DNA from: Malacoraja senta
Lineage: Eukaryota
Assembly (NCBI GenBank): GCA_038087875.1
Contig: CM075988.1
Coordinates: forward strand, 20,896,001-20,960,000
Direction of reading: 5' to 3'
Length of the DNA stretch: 64,000 nucleotides
In this document: one piece after another, positions 36,949-47,614 of the stretch
How positions within the stretch are numbered: position 1 is the stretch's first letter
How the letters are laid out: every line of letters starts with the position of its first letter
The notes under the pieces: model-generated
What the model was told of the DNA's origin: nothing
Databases searched by the model: none
The model's input: the letters and a program-made list of their open reading frames with translations, nothing else
Translations under genes and position numbers: made by a program

Positions 36949-38416
36949 GTTGATCAAAGTTGAGGAGCTTAAAGGAAGAGGGAAATATACAAGCGCTCTG
37001 GACCCTAGCTCTAGACTGAACCTCCTCATGTTCCTGACCCCTTGGTGCCCCAGACCCCTACCCTGGCCCCAGCCACACTCTCGGCTCACAGTCCAGACCA
37101 CTGTCCTGGCCACACACCCCCCCTCCCGCTCTGAACCCCTAACCTGACTCAGATATTGAACCATCAGGATTTCAGAACGATCTGAAGGCTGCTAGCTCTG
37201 ACAATATCTGTTCAGATATATCTCCTCTCCTGACTGGATAGGATCACAGAATTACAAAAAGAACTTACATCACAAGAAGAGGCCATTCTGCCCATCAGTT
37301 TAGTTTAGTTTAGAGATAGAGCGCGTAAACAAGGCCCTTCGGCCCAACGAATCCGCGCCGACCAGCTATCCCCGCACATTAACATTCTACTCCTATCACT
37401 TATGACCTTATAACCTTACAACACATACCCATACCACAGTCTTGTACATTTTCTGTCGACCCCTTCACATCTCAATAGAAATGTGAACTATTGAAAACTT
37501 GTAATAAGTATGATGAAAGCTTATATTAAACATAGCATGCCTTTAGCTTGCCTCAAATGCAATGCAACCAATGAAGTCATTGTATGGTGGCCAACTTGTA
37601 CACCTCAAGTTCCCAACACATTTGGGAAGGTGCTTGAATGTTTAGAGGGATATGGGCCCAACACGGGCAGGTGGCACCAGCGTAGATGAGGCATCTTGGT
37701 AGGCACGGGCGAGTTGGGCCAAAGGGTCTGTTTCCGTGCTGACTCTAACACACGGAATGAGATGTGCAGGAAGGAACTGCAGATGCTGGTTCACAACGAA
37801 GATAGACAGAAAAGGCTGGAGTAGCTCAACGGGGCAGGCAGCCTCTCTAGAGAGATGGAATGGGTGACGTTTTGGGTCGAGACCCTTCTTCAGACAAGAT
37901 ACAGGGGCAGCAAATAGTAATAATATACCCAGTGTAAATGAACATGCAGAAGGTACATGGCACTTGGAAGCTGAGAACAAGATGAATAAATGCCAATCAG
38001 TTAAAACTGCTGTGTTGTTTTCTGAGATAAACCTTGAGCCTGTTTTGTGTTCCACTGAGTAATGTGGTAGAAAATGTGGTTAATAGTGGCCTCTGCTGGC
38101 TACCGAATTATAACCTCCCGTGGCTGCTTTCTGTCCTCATCTTATTAATTCGATGATGCATTCTGACTATAAACTTTCTTAAATTTGCAGTGCAGGCTTA
38201 TCAGATTTAAAGAGATTAGTTTAAAGGAACTTGCTATAAAAAAATTGGGTTTGGAAGTGCTTAATATTCATCTCTTTTACTTTCTCTCATTGTAACAGCG
38301 ACAGCGCTGTACATTGGGGTTGCCATTAGTTCATTCCTGTAACATACCAAGGTACAATGGAAAACTGTGTTTTGCGTGCTATCCGGTCAAATTATACCAT
38401 TCCCGAGTTCATTGGG

Positions 38417-38726
38417 TGGACGGCGTGGTGGCGCAGCAGTGGAGTTGCTGCCCTACAGCGCCAGAGACCCGGGTTTGATCCTGACTACGGGTGCTGAATG
38501 TGAGGAGTTTGAAATGTTCTCGCCGTGACCCCATGGGTTTTCTCTGGGTGCTCCAGTTTCCTCCCACTATCCAAAGATGTGCAGGTTTGTAGTTTCATTT
38601 GGCTTCAGTTAAAATTGTAAATTGTCACCAGTGTGTAGGATAGTGCTCGTGTAGGGGGAATCGCTGGTTGGCGCGGACTTGGTGGGCCGAAGGGCCTGGG
38701 TCCGCGCAGTATCTCTAAACTAAACC
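38417..38726 (+). mobile_element. HE1-type SINE
   Basis: Full consensus. Confidence 0.85.
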
Positions 38727-38844
38727 AACGCATCTATGTTGAACCTCTGTAAAGATCTGGTCTGCACAGAGCTGGGGAATTGGGCCTTGTTCTGTGTGAA
38801 CTGTATATTAGGAAGGATGTGAAGGTGGTCTGAGCTAAGACTTA

Positions 38845-39069
38845 AGGGCCTGTCCCACTGTACGAGGTAATTCAAGAGCTCTCCCGAGATTTAAAAAAAA
38901 TCAAACTCGTGGTAAGCTCGTGAAGACTCGTGAAGATTTTTCAACATGATGAAAAATGTCCACGAGAGCCCCGAGTACCTACAAGCGGCCATTACCGTAA
39001 TTCTCCGTGTTCGAATCAGGGGAAACTTGGGAGAACTCTTGAATTAGCTTGTACAGTGGGACAGGCCCT
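38845..39069. mobile_element. PIF/Harbinger-type MITE, family B, internally deleted
   Basis: TIR AGGGCCTGTCCCACTGTACGAG.TAATTCAAGAG; TTA TSDs at 38842-38844 and 39070-39072. Confidence 0.88.
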
Positions 39070-39764
39070 TTAGTAGAATGTTCCCTGGGACAAGGAGCTT
39101 CCACTGTGCAGAGGGATCGCAGATGGTGAGGTTGTGAATTTCACTGAAGGGATAGTTGAGAGGAGACATGCTTGAGGTGTTGAATGTCACAGGGTTCAAT
39201 TTAGTTTATTGTCACGTGTACTGAAGTACAGCGAAAACCTTTTTTTTTTGCGTGCTATCCAGTCAGCGGAAAGACTACACGTGATTACAATCGCAGATAT
39301 ACAGGAGAGACATTTTTCTACTATATTATCAGATGGAGCATCTTATTCCGGACACCTCGAAGACACAATTAAGACTTTAGAGATGCAGTGTGGAAACTGA
39401 TTTCGAGGAGAGCTGAGGTTGACCTTTCTCACCCAGAGAGTGTCGATACCTGGAATACACTGCCAGAGAGGTGGAAGTTGAGTCACGGTGGAAGTTGAAT
39501 CTCATCTTGTCCTGGAGTTGAGCCCAGAGCTTGGCTGAGTCGACGGTTCTTGTCTGCTTTAGGGGCGGGGGAGAGATGAGGATCGGTCGAGTCAATAACC
39601 GTGGTCCATGGTGAGCTGGGGTGTAATTCCTCTGTCCTACCATCAGTCTGAAGAAGGGTCCCGACCCGAAATGTCACCTATCTTTTTTCCTCCAGAGATG
39701 CTGCCTGACCAAAGGTGTTACTCCAGCATTTTGTGTCTATCTTTATGAAGTTTAATTTCGTTTT

Positions 39765-40070
39765 TCGTTTAGTTTAGCGGAAACAGGCCCTTCGACCCAC
39801 TGAGTCCGCACCGACCAGCGATCCCCGCACATGTGCGCTATCCTATGCGCACTAGGGACAATTTACAATCACACCAAGCCAATTAACCTACAATCTTGTA
39901 CGTCTTTGGAGTGTGGGAGGAAACCAGAGATTCCGGAGAAAACCCACGCAGGTCACGGGGAGAACGTACAAACTCCGTAAAGACAAGCACCCGTAGTCAG
40001 GATTGAACCCGGGTCTCTGGCACTGAATGCGCTGTAAGGCAGCAACTCTACCGCTGCGCCACCGTGCCGT
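39765..40070 (-). mobile_element. HE1-type SINE
   Basis: Near-consensus copy. Confidence 0.85.
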
Positions 40071-40967
40071 CCCATCTACTTGAGTTGCCCAGACACCGAA
40101 GGCTAAAAGCCAAGTGCTGGAAGTAGAGATTAATCGTGGATGGATGTCCACTGGTCAGCATGGGTGCGGTGGGCCGAATGGCCTGCGTCCATGCTGCAGT
40201 ATTCCAGGACCTGTGATGAAGATCCCATTGCTGAGATTGGGGAGTTTGAGCTATGGAACCAGTAACAAGGAGTAGTTCAATGTTCAGTTGTGTTTATTGC
40301 CACGTGTACCGAGGTACAGTGGAAAGCTTTTGTTGGGTGCTAAACAGGCAGTGGAAAGACAAAACACGATTGCCAAATATAGTGTGAAGTCAGCAAAGTC
40401 TGATCAAGGATAGCCCATAGGTCACCAAAGAGGTAGATAATAGTTCAGCACTGCTCTCATGACTATCCATCTGCCGATGAACACAAACTGACGCGGACCT
40501 CCTCAGATAAATGGTTCAGCTGGACTTCCAGGAAACAACAGCAAAACACATTGACAACATTCCTTTCAGGCAACGTGAACAGGGAACAATGTAAATGAGA
40601 GGCCATGCAAAAATAAGAGAGTTTTTTTTTTGAATGTTGTATTACGAAGGAGATATTTTTTCAATGAGAACATTTAATCTCATTCTGAACACTGGGCCAA
40701 AAGACATGGCCAAAAGCCTACTATGAGATTCATGGAAGCGAGAGCAGACAGTGACTCATGCCTCAAGGATTAGACATCCCTACTCCTGATAATTATTTAG
40801 ATTCCCACTTAATATCAAGCAGTTGAACAATTGTAACCCAGAAAAAAGCAAATCGATTTAAACATTTATTTTTAAGATGCTGAGTTACTCCAGCTTTTTG
40901 TGTCTATCTTAGGTTTAAACCATGCATCTGCAGTTCCTTCCCACGCATTCATTTAGATTTTTTTTTA

Positions 40968-41900
40968 ATTTAGAGATACAGCGCGGAAACAGGCCCTTCG
41001 GCCCACCGAGTCCACACCGACCAGCGATCCCTGCACATTAACAGTATTTTAGGGACAATTACACTAGGGACAATTTTACATTTTTTACCAAAGCTATTTA
41101 ATCTACAATCCTGTACGGAGTGTGGGAGGAAACCGAAGATCTCGAAGAAAACACAAGCAGGTCATGGGGAGAACATACAAATTCCGTTCAGGCAAGCACC
41201 CGTAGTCGGGATCAAACCTGGGTCTCTGGCGCTGCAGGCCAGGTGCCACTCTGCCACCCAGTTCTTCCCTTACTTACATTTCACATGCATCCACAGATTA
41301 AAGGCTCTTTTCTAATGGGATATTTTTGTTATTTGTGCATTCAACAATCGGCATGTAAGTGTGTTGACGAGTTAAGTTGAACCAATGGATCGGTTTACCA
41401 ACAAATTAACTAATAATTTTGGGTGGCACAGTGGCCCAGCGGGCGAGGTGCTGCCTTACAGCACCAGATACCCAGGTTCGATCCTGACTACGGTTGCTGT
41501 CTGCAGGTACAGAGTTTGTACATTCATATGTTCATAAGTGATAGGAGCAGAATTAGGCCATTCAGCCCATCAAGTCTACTCCGCCATTCCATCATGGCTG
41601 ATCTATCTCTCCCTCCTAATCTGCCTTAAAAATATCCATTGACTTGGCCTTCACAGCCTTCTGTGCCAATAGATTCTCCATCCTCTGACTAAAGAAATTC
41701 CTCCTCATCTCCTTCCTAAAGGAACGTCCTTTAATTCTGAGGCTATGACCTCTAGTCCTAGACTCTCCCACTAGTGGAAGTTGTAAATAGTCTCTACTGT
41801 GTAGGATGGTGCTAGTGTACAGAGGTGATCGCTGGCCGGCATGGACTCGGTGGGCCGAAGGGCCTCCTATTTCCACACTGTATCTCTAAACTAAACTAAA
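40968..41900. mobile_element. SINE (-, 40968-41258) and SINE (+, 41421-41900) whose middle is replaced by a CR1 3' fragment (-, about 41526-41779)
   Basis: Consensus matches; SRTRGHSL..FFSQR on the minus strand. Confidence 0.75.
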
Positions 41901-42449
41901 TTGAAAACCAGTGACAATAGTTCCCGCTGTGAGGGAGAAGCTGAGCATGAGGTACTGGTTTACTACTGTTAGCACATCTTACTACTCCAAGACGGACTGT
42001 TTTCATGGTGAGAAGATGACTTTTTGCAGCTGTGACATGAACTCAGGCCCTTTGGGCCAACGGGGTGACTAATCAGTGACGCAGCGAGTTGCGTCAGACC
42101 ATCCCTTTCCGCAGAAATCAGGATTTATATTTGGGCCAGATTGAATCCACAGCGATCTGCCTTCCCCATGTGTAATTAAAAGCCATAAGTCAAATGAGTT
42201 TGAGCAGTCAGCGTCCAAAATCCCAATCCGAACTCGAAGCTGCCTCTTGGCATTGTCCGCCGGTCTGTGCGGGTGGGAGGGAGGGAGGATGAGCATGCAA
42301 TGGTAAATCATCACTGATTATTTAGCCAACATGGTCGTTACTGCAACTGTTCCACCAGAGTGTTGTAATCAGACAGACGCATCGTAAGTCAAGGCAGGAT
42401 TAATGCTCAAGGCAGGATTATAAAACAACCCTAAGTATCGCAGTGTCTG

Positions 42450-42772
42450 GTTTAGTTTGCTTTAGTTTAGAGATACAGTGCGGAAACTGGCCCTTCGGCC
42501 CACCGAGTCCGCACCGACCAGCGACCCCCACACACTAACACCATCCGACACACGCTAAGGACAATTTACATTTGTACCAAGCCAATTAACCTCCAAACCT
42601 GCACGTCTTTGGAATGTGGGAGAAAACAGAAGATCTCGGAGAAAACGCACGGCGTCACGGGGGAGAACACACAAACTCCATAGAGACAGCACCAATAGTT
42701 GGGATCGAACCCAGGTCCCCGGTACTTTAAACTCTGTAAGGCAGCAACACTACCACTGCACCACCATGCCAC
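42450..42772 (-). mobile_element. HE1-type SINE
   Basis: Reverse-complement consensus. Confidence 0.85.
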
Positions 42773-42789
42773 CCCCGGTATTCTCTTCC

Positions 42790-43520
42790 CAAAGGTGGAC
42801 ACATAATGCTGGAGTAACTCAGCGGGACAGGCACTGCCCAGAGAAAGAATGGGTGATGTTTTGGGTCGAGGCCCTTCTTCAGACTGAGAGTCAGAAGATG
42901 GGGAGACATAGAGATATGGAAGGCTAAGGTGTCTGCTTCCTCTTGCGCTTGAGGCAGCAGAAGTCTGCAGCAGGGTGATGCCGTCCGGTTCGACATCGGT
43001 AGGTGCCCGCCCTAAAAAGAGCGCATGCTCCGGGTTGGCGCCGAGCTGCGGTGCTGCTGCTGCTGCTGTTCTCTGTTTGTTGTCGTTCGCCTGACAGGGC
43101 TCACCACGGGGAGGTCGACAACATGAGCCCCGGCTAAGGAGTGAAAACAGATCAAAGAGGACGGTGAAACAAGATAATGTAGAATGGTACATTGTTACCC
43201 TAGGAGAAGGGGTGGGAGATCGCAACCTTCACGTGGTCCGCCCTGTTTCGACGAATGCAATCAACCTGGCGTGCACAATCAATTAGAACAAGTTGCCCTT
43301 TAACTTTAGGCTGTGCACGCCATATGCATGAAGAAGAAGTTTAGGAGAAAATGACATCGAGGCATACAATCAGTAATGGTTAATCAGGTGGACAGTCAGT
43401 GGAACCAGTCGGAGAATTAGGATGGGGGAGGGGCAGAGAGAGAGGGGAAGCGAAGGGTTACTTGAAGTTATAGAAATCAAAAATCATACCGCTGGGTTGT
43501 AAACTGCCCATGCGAAACAT
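42790..43520 (-). mobile_element. PLE 3' region (ORF end plus UTR) with two nested inserts
   Basis: Tail at 42790-42931; reverse complement of 43458-43520 reads MFRMGSLQPSGMIFDFYNFK*, matching the PLE ORF end at 63659. Confidence 0.7.
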
Positions 43521-44262
43521 TTCCTAAGGTTCTTCACATTAATGAAAATAACAGAGGCTCAGAGTTTTAATGCAAGGAACACTACGTAAAGTCCATGGTA
43601 CTGACCAGAAGAATATACAGTCTGTCTGCTAGGGTCTAATGAAGGCTACTGCTAATATAACAAGGTGATTAAGATAATGCGATCAGTGACATGCCGTATT
43701 TGCTTGATAGGCAAACAGGCACAGAGCTGCCCACACAATCTGCTTCTTACAGCCTCAGTGATTTCATCATCTTTGATAAATGGGGGTGTTAAAATGATTT
43801 CACCAAGCTGTTTGTATTCAAAATGATAGCCCGGAGAGTGTGATGAGAGAATCCTATTCATTCCCCTTCACTTCACAGTACTGCAGCAATGCAGAACGTA
43901 CAGTGGTCTTTCCTGGGTCGCCAGTAATGGGTCCTTCCAAGGGAACCCACTTGTACTGATTCTTACATTGGGTGGAGATAAAGGAGGGTGGTTGAGGGGT
44001 TGTTGGTTGTTGTTGGCCCATCAAGACTACTCCACCATTCAATCATGGCTGATCTATCTTTCCCTCTTAACCCCAGTCTCCTACCTTCTCCCCATAACCC
44101 CTGACACCCGTACTAATCAATTAGTTTGGAGATACAGCGTGGAAACAGCCTCTTTGGTCCACCGAATCCGCGCTGACCTGCGATCCCCGCACACTAACAC
44201 TATCCTCCACACACAAGGGATTTTTTAACAATTTTACCACAGCCAATTAACCTACAAACCTC

Positions 44263-44485
44263 GTGTTAAAGAAGGAACTGCAGATGCTGGAAAATCGAAG
44301 GTATACAAAAATGCTGGAGAAACTCAGCGGGTGCAGCAGCATCTATGGAGCGAAGGAAATAGGCAACGTTTCGGGCCGAAACCCTTCTTCAGACTTCTGA
44401 AGAAGGGTTTCGGCCCGAAACGTTACCTATTTCCTTCGCTCCATAGATGCTGCTGCACCCGCTGAGTTTCTCCAGCATTTTTGTG
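44263..44485. mobile_element. Palindromic PLE tail dimer inserted in a SINE (SINE pieces 44120-44262 and 44486-44635)
   Basis: 89-bp arms 44305-44393 and 44396-44484 with one mismatch and a 2-nt spacer; 14-bp TSD AACCTACAAACCTC. Confidence 0.92.
44397..44428 (+). ncRNA. Minimal type-I hammerhead-ribozyme-like motif (representative copy; mirror copy on the - strand)
   Basis: CUGAAGA-A-GGGU(UUCG)GCCC-GAAA-CGUU: CUGANGA and GAAA boxes flank a 4-bp tetraloop stem II; palindromic AACGUU at stem III; stem I weak. Confidence 0.55.
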
Positions 44486-45086
44486 AACCTACAAACCTCT
44501 ACGTCTTTGGATAGGGGGAGGCAACCGGAGCACCCAAAGAAAACCCACGTAGGTCACGGGGTGAATGTACAAATTCCATACAGATAGCACCCGTAGTCAG
44601 GATCGAACCTGGGTCTCTGGCGCTGTAAGGCAGCATCTCTCTTGTGAACTGCTGTGAAGGAAGCCTCATGTTCAGCTGTGCACTTGAAATACATCGAACA
44701 TAAAACATTACAATACAGGAATGGGCCCTTCAGCCTACAATGTTTGTGTTGAACATGATGCCACGTTAAACTGATCTCATCTGCCTGCACATAATCCATA
44801 TCCTGCTATTCCGTGCTCTTCCATGTGCCTACGTTAAAGCTTCTGAAACGCTATAATCGTATCTGACTCCACCGCTGCCCCTGGCAATGCGTTTTCCAGG
44901 TCTCCAACACTCTGCAATAAAACTTGCCACACACATCTCCATTAAATTTTCGCCCCCTCACCTTATAGCTCTGCCCTCTAGCATTTGTCCTTCCACCCAT
45001 GGAAACAGGGAAAAGGGGGAAAATGTTCCCTCTATAAGCTTCCTGCGCCTCTTTCCATGTGAGAGACCTTCATGGCATTTAGCACT

Positions 45087-45385
45087 GGGCTGTGCAGTGG
45101 CATGGTGGTTGAGTTGCTGCCTTACAGCGTCAGAGACCCGGATTCAATCCTCACTATAGGTGCTGTCTGTGTGGAGTTTGCACGTTCTCCCCCTGTGATT
45201 TGTGTAGGTTTCCCCCGGGTGCCCCTGTTTCTTCCCACATCCCAAAGACGTGCAGGTTTGTGGGTTAATTGCCCTGAGTGCGTAGGACGCAGAAGTGGGA
45301 TAGCCTAGAGCGAATTTACAGGTGATCGATGGTCAGCGTGGACTCGGTTGGTGGGGTAGGACCTGTTTCCAGGCTGCATCTCTGA
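45087..45385 (+). mobile_element. HE1-type SINE, diverged
   Basis: A/B boxes, central domain and tail. Confidence 0.75.
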
Positions 45386-45895
45386 ACTCATGGAAGAAAT
45401 GCCACAGCATTTGAGTTACCTGCAGAGTCTGTTCTCCACAGGAGCCCTCGGGCACAGCACAGCGCAAGGCTTTATGCATGAATAATCAGGGAAGTCGCCA
45501 CAATAGCTTCATATAAAATGAATGTCTCCAGATGCTGGAAGTCTGAAATAAAAACGGAAAATGCTGGAAACCCTCAGCAGGTACCAACATCTGTGGAAAG
45601 AGAACCAGACTTCACATTTCAGCTCAAAGGCATTCGTCAAATTTAAAGACTTTTTCAACCCGGTATTTTATGCCAATTTTGCAGGTCGGTGCTTTGGGTG
45701 CTGAGACACGAGTGTTTCACGCGAGCGACTTAAAACAAAAAACAAACCGAACACCAGCCCACGAGGGCAAGCTGTCACAATCGTGACCAAAGTGGCAAGT
45801 TTCAAGGAGCATCATACTGATGGACACAAAGGCAGGGAGGTTGCGGATGTAAAGCTGCAACTCTACCGCTGCACTACTGTGCCACCCCTAACTAA

Positions 45896-46453
45896 TGGGC
45901 CTGTCCCACTTAGCCGATTTTTTTAGTCGACGACTGCCAGCGACTGTCTTAGTCGTAGAAGTTGCCGAAAAACCATGACTGGACCCCCCTACGGCAACGT
46001 CTACGACAACCTACCACCTAGTCGACGTCCAGCTACGGCAAGCTACCGACAACCGGCGATCCATTACGACCTCCATCTACGACCACACCTACCACAACCT
46101 ACGTCCACCCGCGACAAGCTGCGACAAAGGTAAGGCAATTCAGTCGCCGGTACCTGTCGCCGGTTGACGTAGGTTGAGGTAGGTAGTCGCCAATGGAATT
46201 CACCGAAGTCAGCACCGGCGACAACCTGCGTCATCCTGGCGGCAACCTACGACAGCACCTACGTCAGGAGAAGTCAAGCTACGCTCACTGTCGCCGAAAA
46301 GTTGTAAACATTTCAAAATCCAGCGGTGACCTGAAAAACGCGACGATTCTTTGGGCGACTGAGGAGACGACTCACGGCCATACGGACGACACCCCGGTGA
46401 CCATGTGGCGACAGCCTAGTCGCCTAAAAAATTGCCTATGTGGGACAGGGCCA
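45896..46453. mobile_element. PIF/Harbinger-type MITE, family C
   Basis: TIRs TGGGCCTGTCCCACTTAGCCGATTTTTT / AAAAAATTGCCTATGTGGGACAGGGCCA; TAA TSDs at 45893-45895 and 46454-46456; internal CGACAACCTAC-like repeats. Confidence 0.85.
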
Positions 46454-47614
46454 TAAGGCAGAACCCCTTTTTAGGGCAAATGCAATGAGCTAATGCCAAC
46501 AGGCCCCCTGGGTTCAGGACCAATAAGGTAGGAACACAAACAGGGTGATGGTTTTGAGCCAGTGAGGAGCGCAAAGATTTATTTTTCTAAAATGCAGCCT
46601 AGATTAGAGGTTTTCAGCTACAGGGAGAGGTTGGATAGACTTGGAATGTTTTTTTCTTGAACGTTGGAGGTTGAGGGAAGATTTGAGAGAAGTATATCTG
46701 CATTTGATAGGTCAGCCATGATCACATTGAATGGCGGTGCTGGCTCGAAGGGCCAAATGGCCTACTCCTGCACCTATTGTCTATTGTCTATTATATACGT
46801 TTATGAGTGGCAAAGATAGGGTGGACAATCGACCTCTTTCCCAGGGTGGAAATGTCCAATGCCAGAGGGCAGAGCTGAAAGGCGAGAGGGGGAAAGTTCA
46901 ATGGAAATTTGAGGGGCAAGTTTTTTTACACAGCGACTGGAAGGGGTGGAGACAGATACGATAGTGGCATTTCAGCGGCTTTTAGATGAGCACATGGATG
47001 GCTGGGGAATAGTGGGATTGTAGATCATGTACAAGCAGATAAGATCAGTTTTTTGGCACGTTTTCAAGAAAGAGTTCGATTTAGCTCTTCGGGCTAAAGG
47101 AGTCAAGGGATATGGGAAAAAAGCAGGAACGGGGTACTGATTTTGGATGATCAGCCATGATCATATTGAAAGGCGGTACTAGCTGGAAGAGCCGAATGAC
47201 CTACTCCTGCACCTATTTTCTATATTTCTATGTTTTAATGGCATTGTGTTCATTGTGGGCCAAAGAGCCTGTTCCTTTGCTGTGTTGGAAGGAACTGCAG
47301 ATGCTGGTTTAAAGCAGATAGACACAAAAAGCTGGAGTAACCCAACGTGTCAGGCAGCATCTCCGGAGAAAAGGAATAGGTGATGCACTGATTTGCTGTA
47401 CAGTTCTATGCTCTATGATTGCTAGTGTAATTTTTTTCTGTATAGATAAGGCAACCCATGCAGCAGTATTTATTTCAATTCTCATAATATCTAACCGTGC
47501 AGCTGAGTGACTCCAGCGTTTTGTGTCTATCTGCTTTAAACCAGCATCTGCAGTTCCTTCCTACAGTTTGACTTGGTTGATTCATCTCCTTTTTTCCCTG
47601 GATATGTATGTTGG

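Noticed and set aside
36990..37150. C-rich tract as a functional G-quadruplex or telomeric repeat
   Set aside because: Irregular low-complexity sequence with no (TTAGGG)n periodicity.
42566..43225. 219-aa minus-strand ORF, the longest in the track
   Set aside because: Chance read-through across PLE, orphan insert and SINE sequence.
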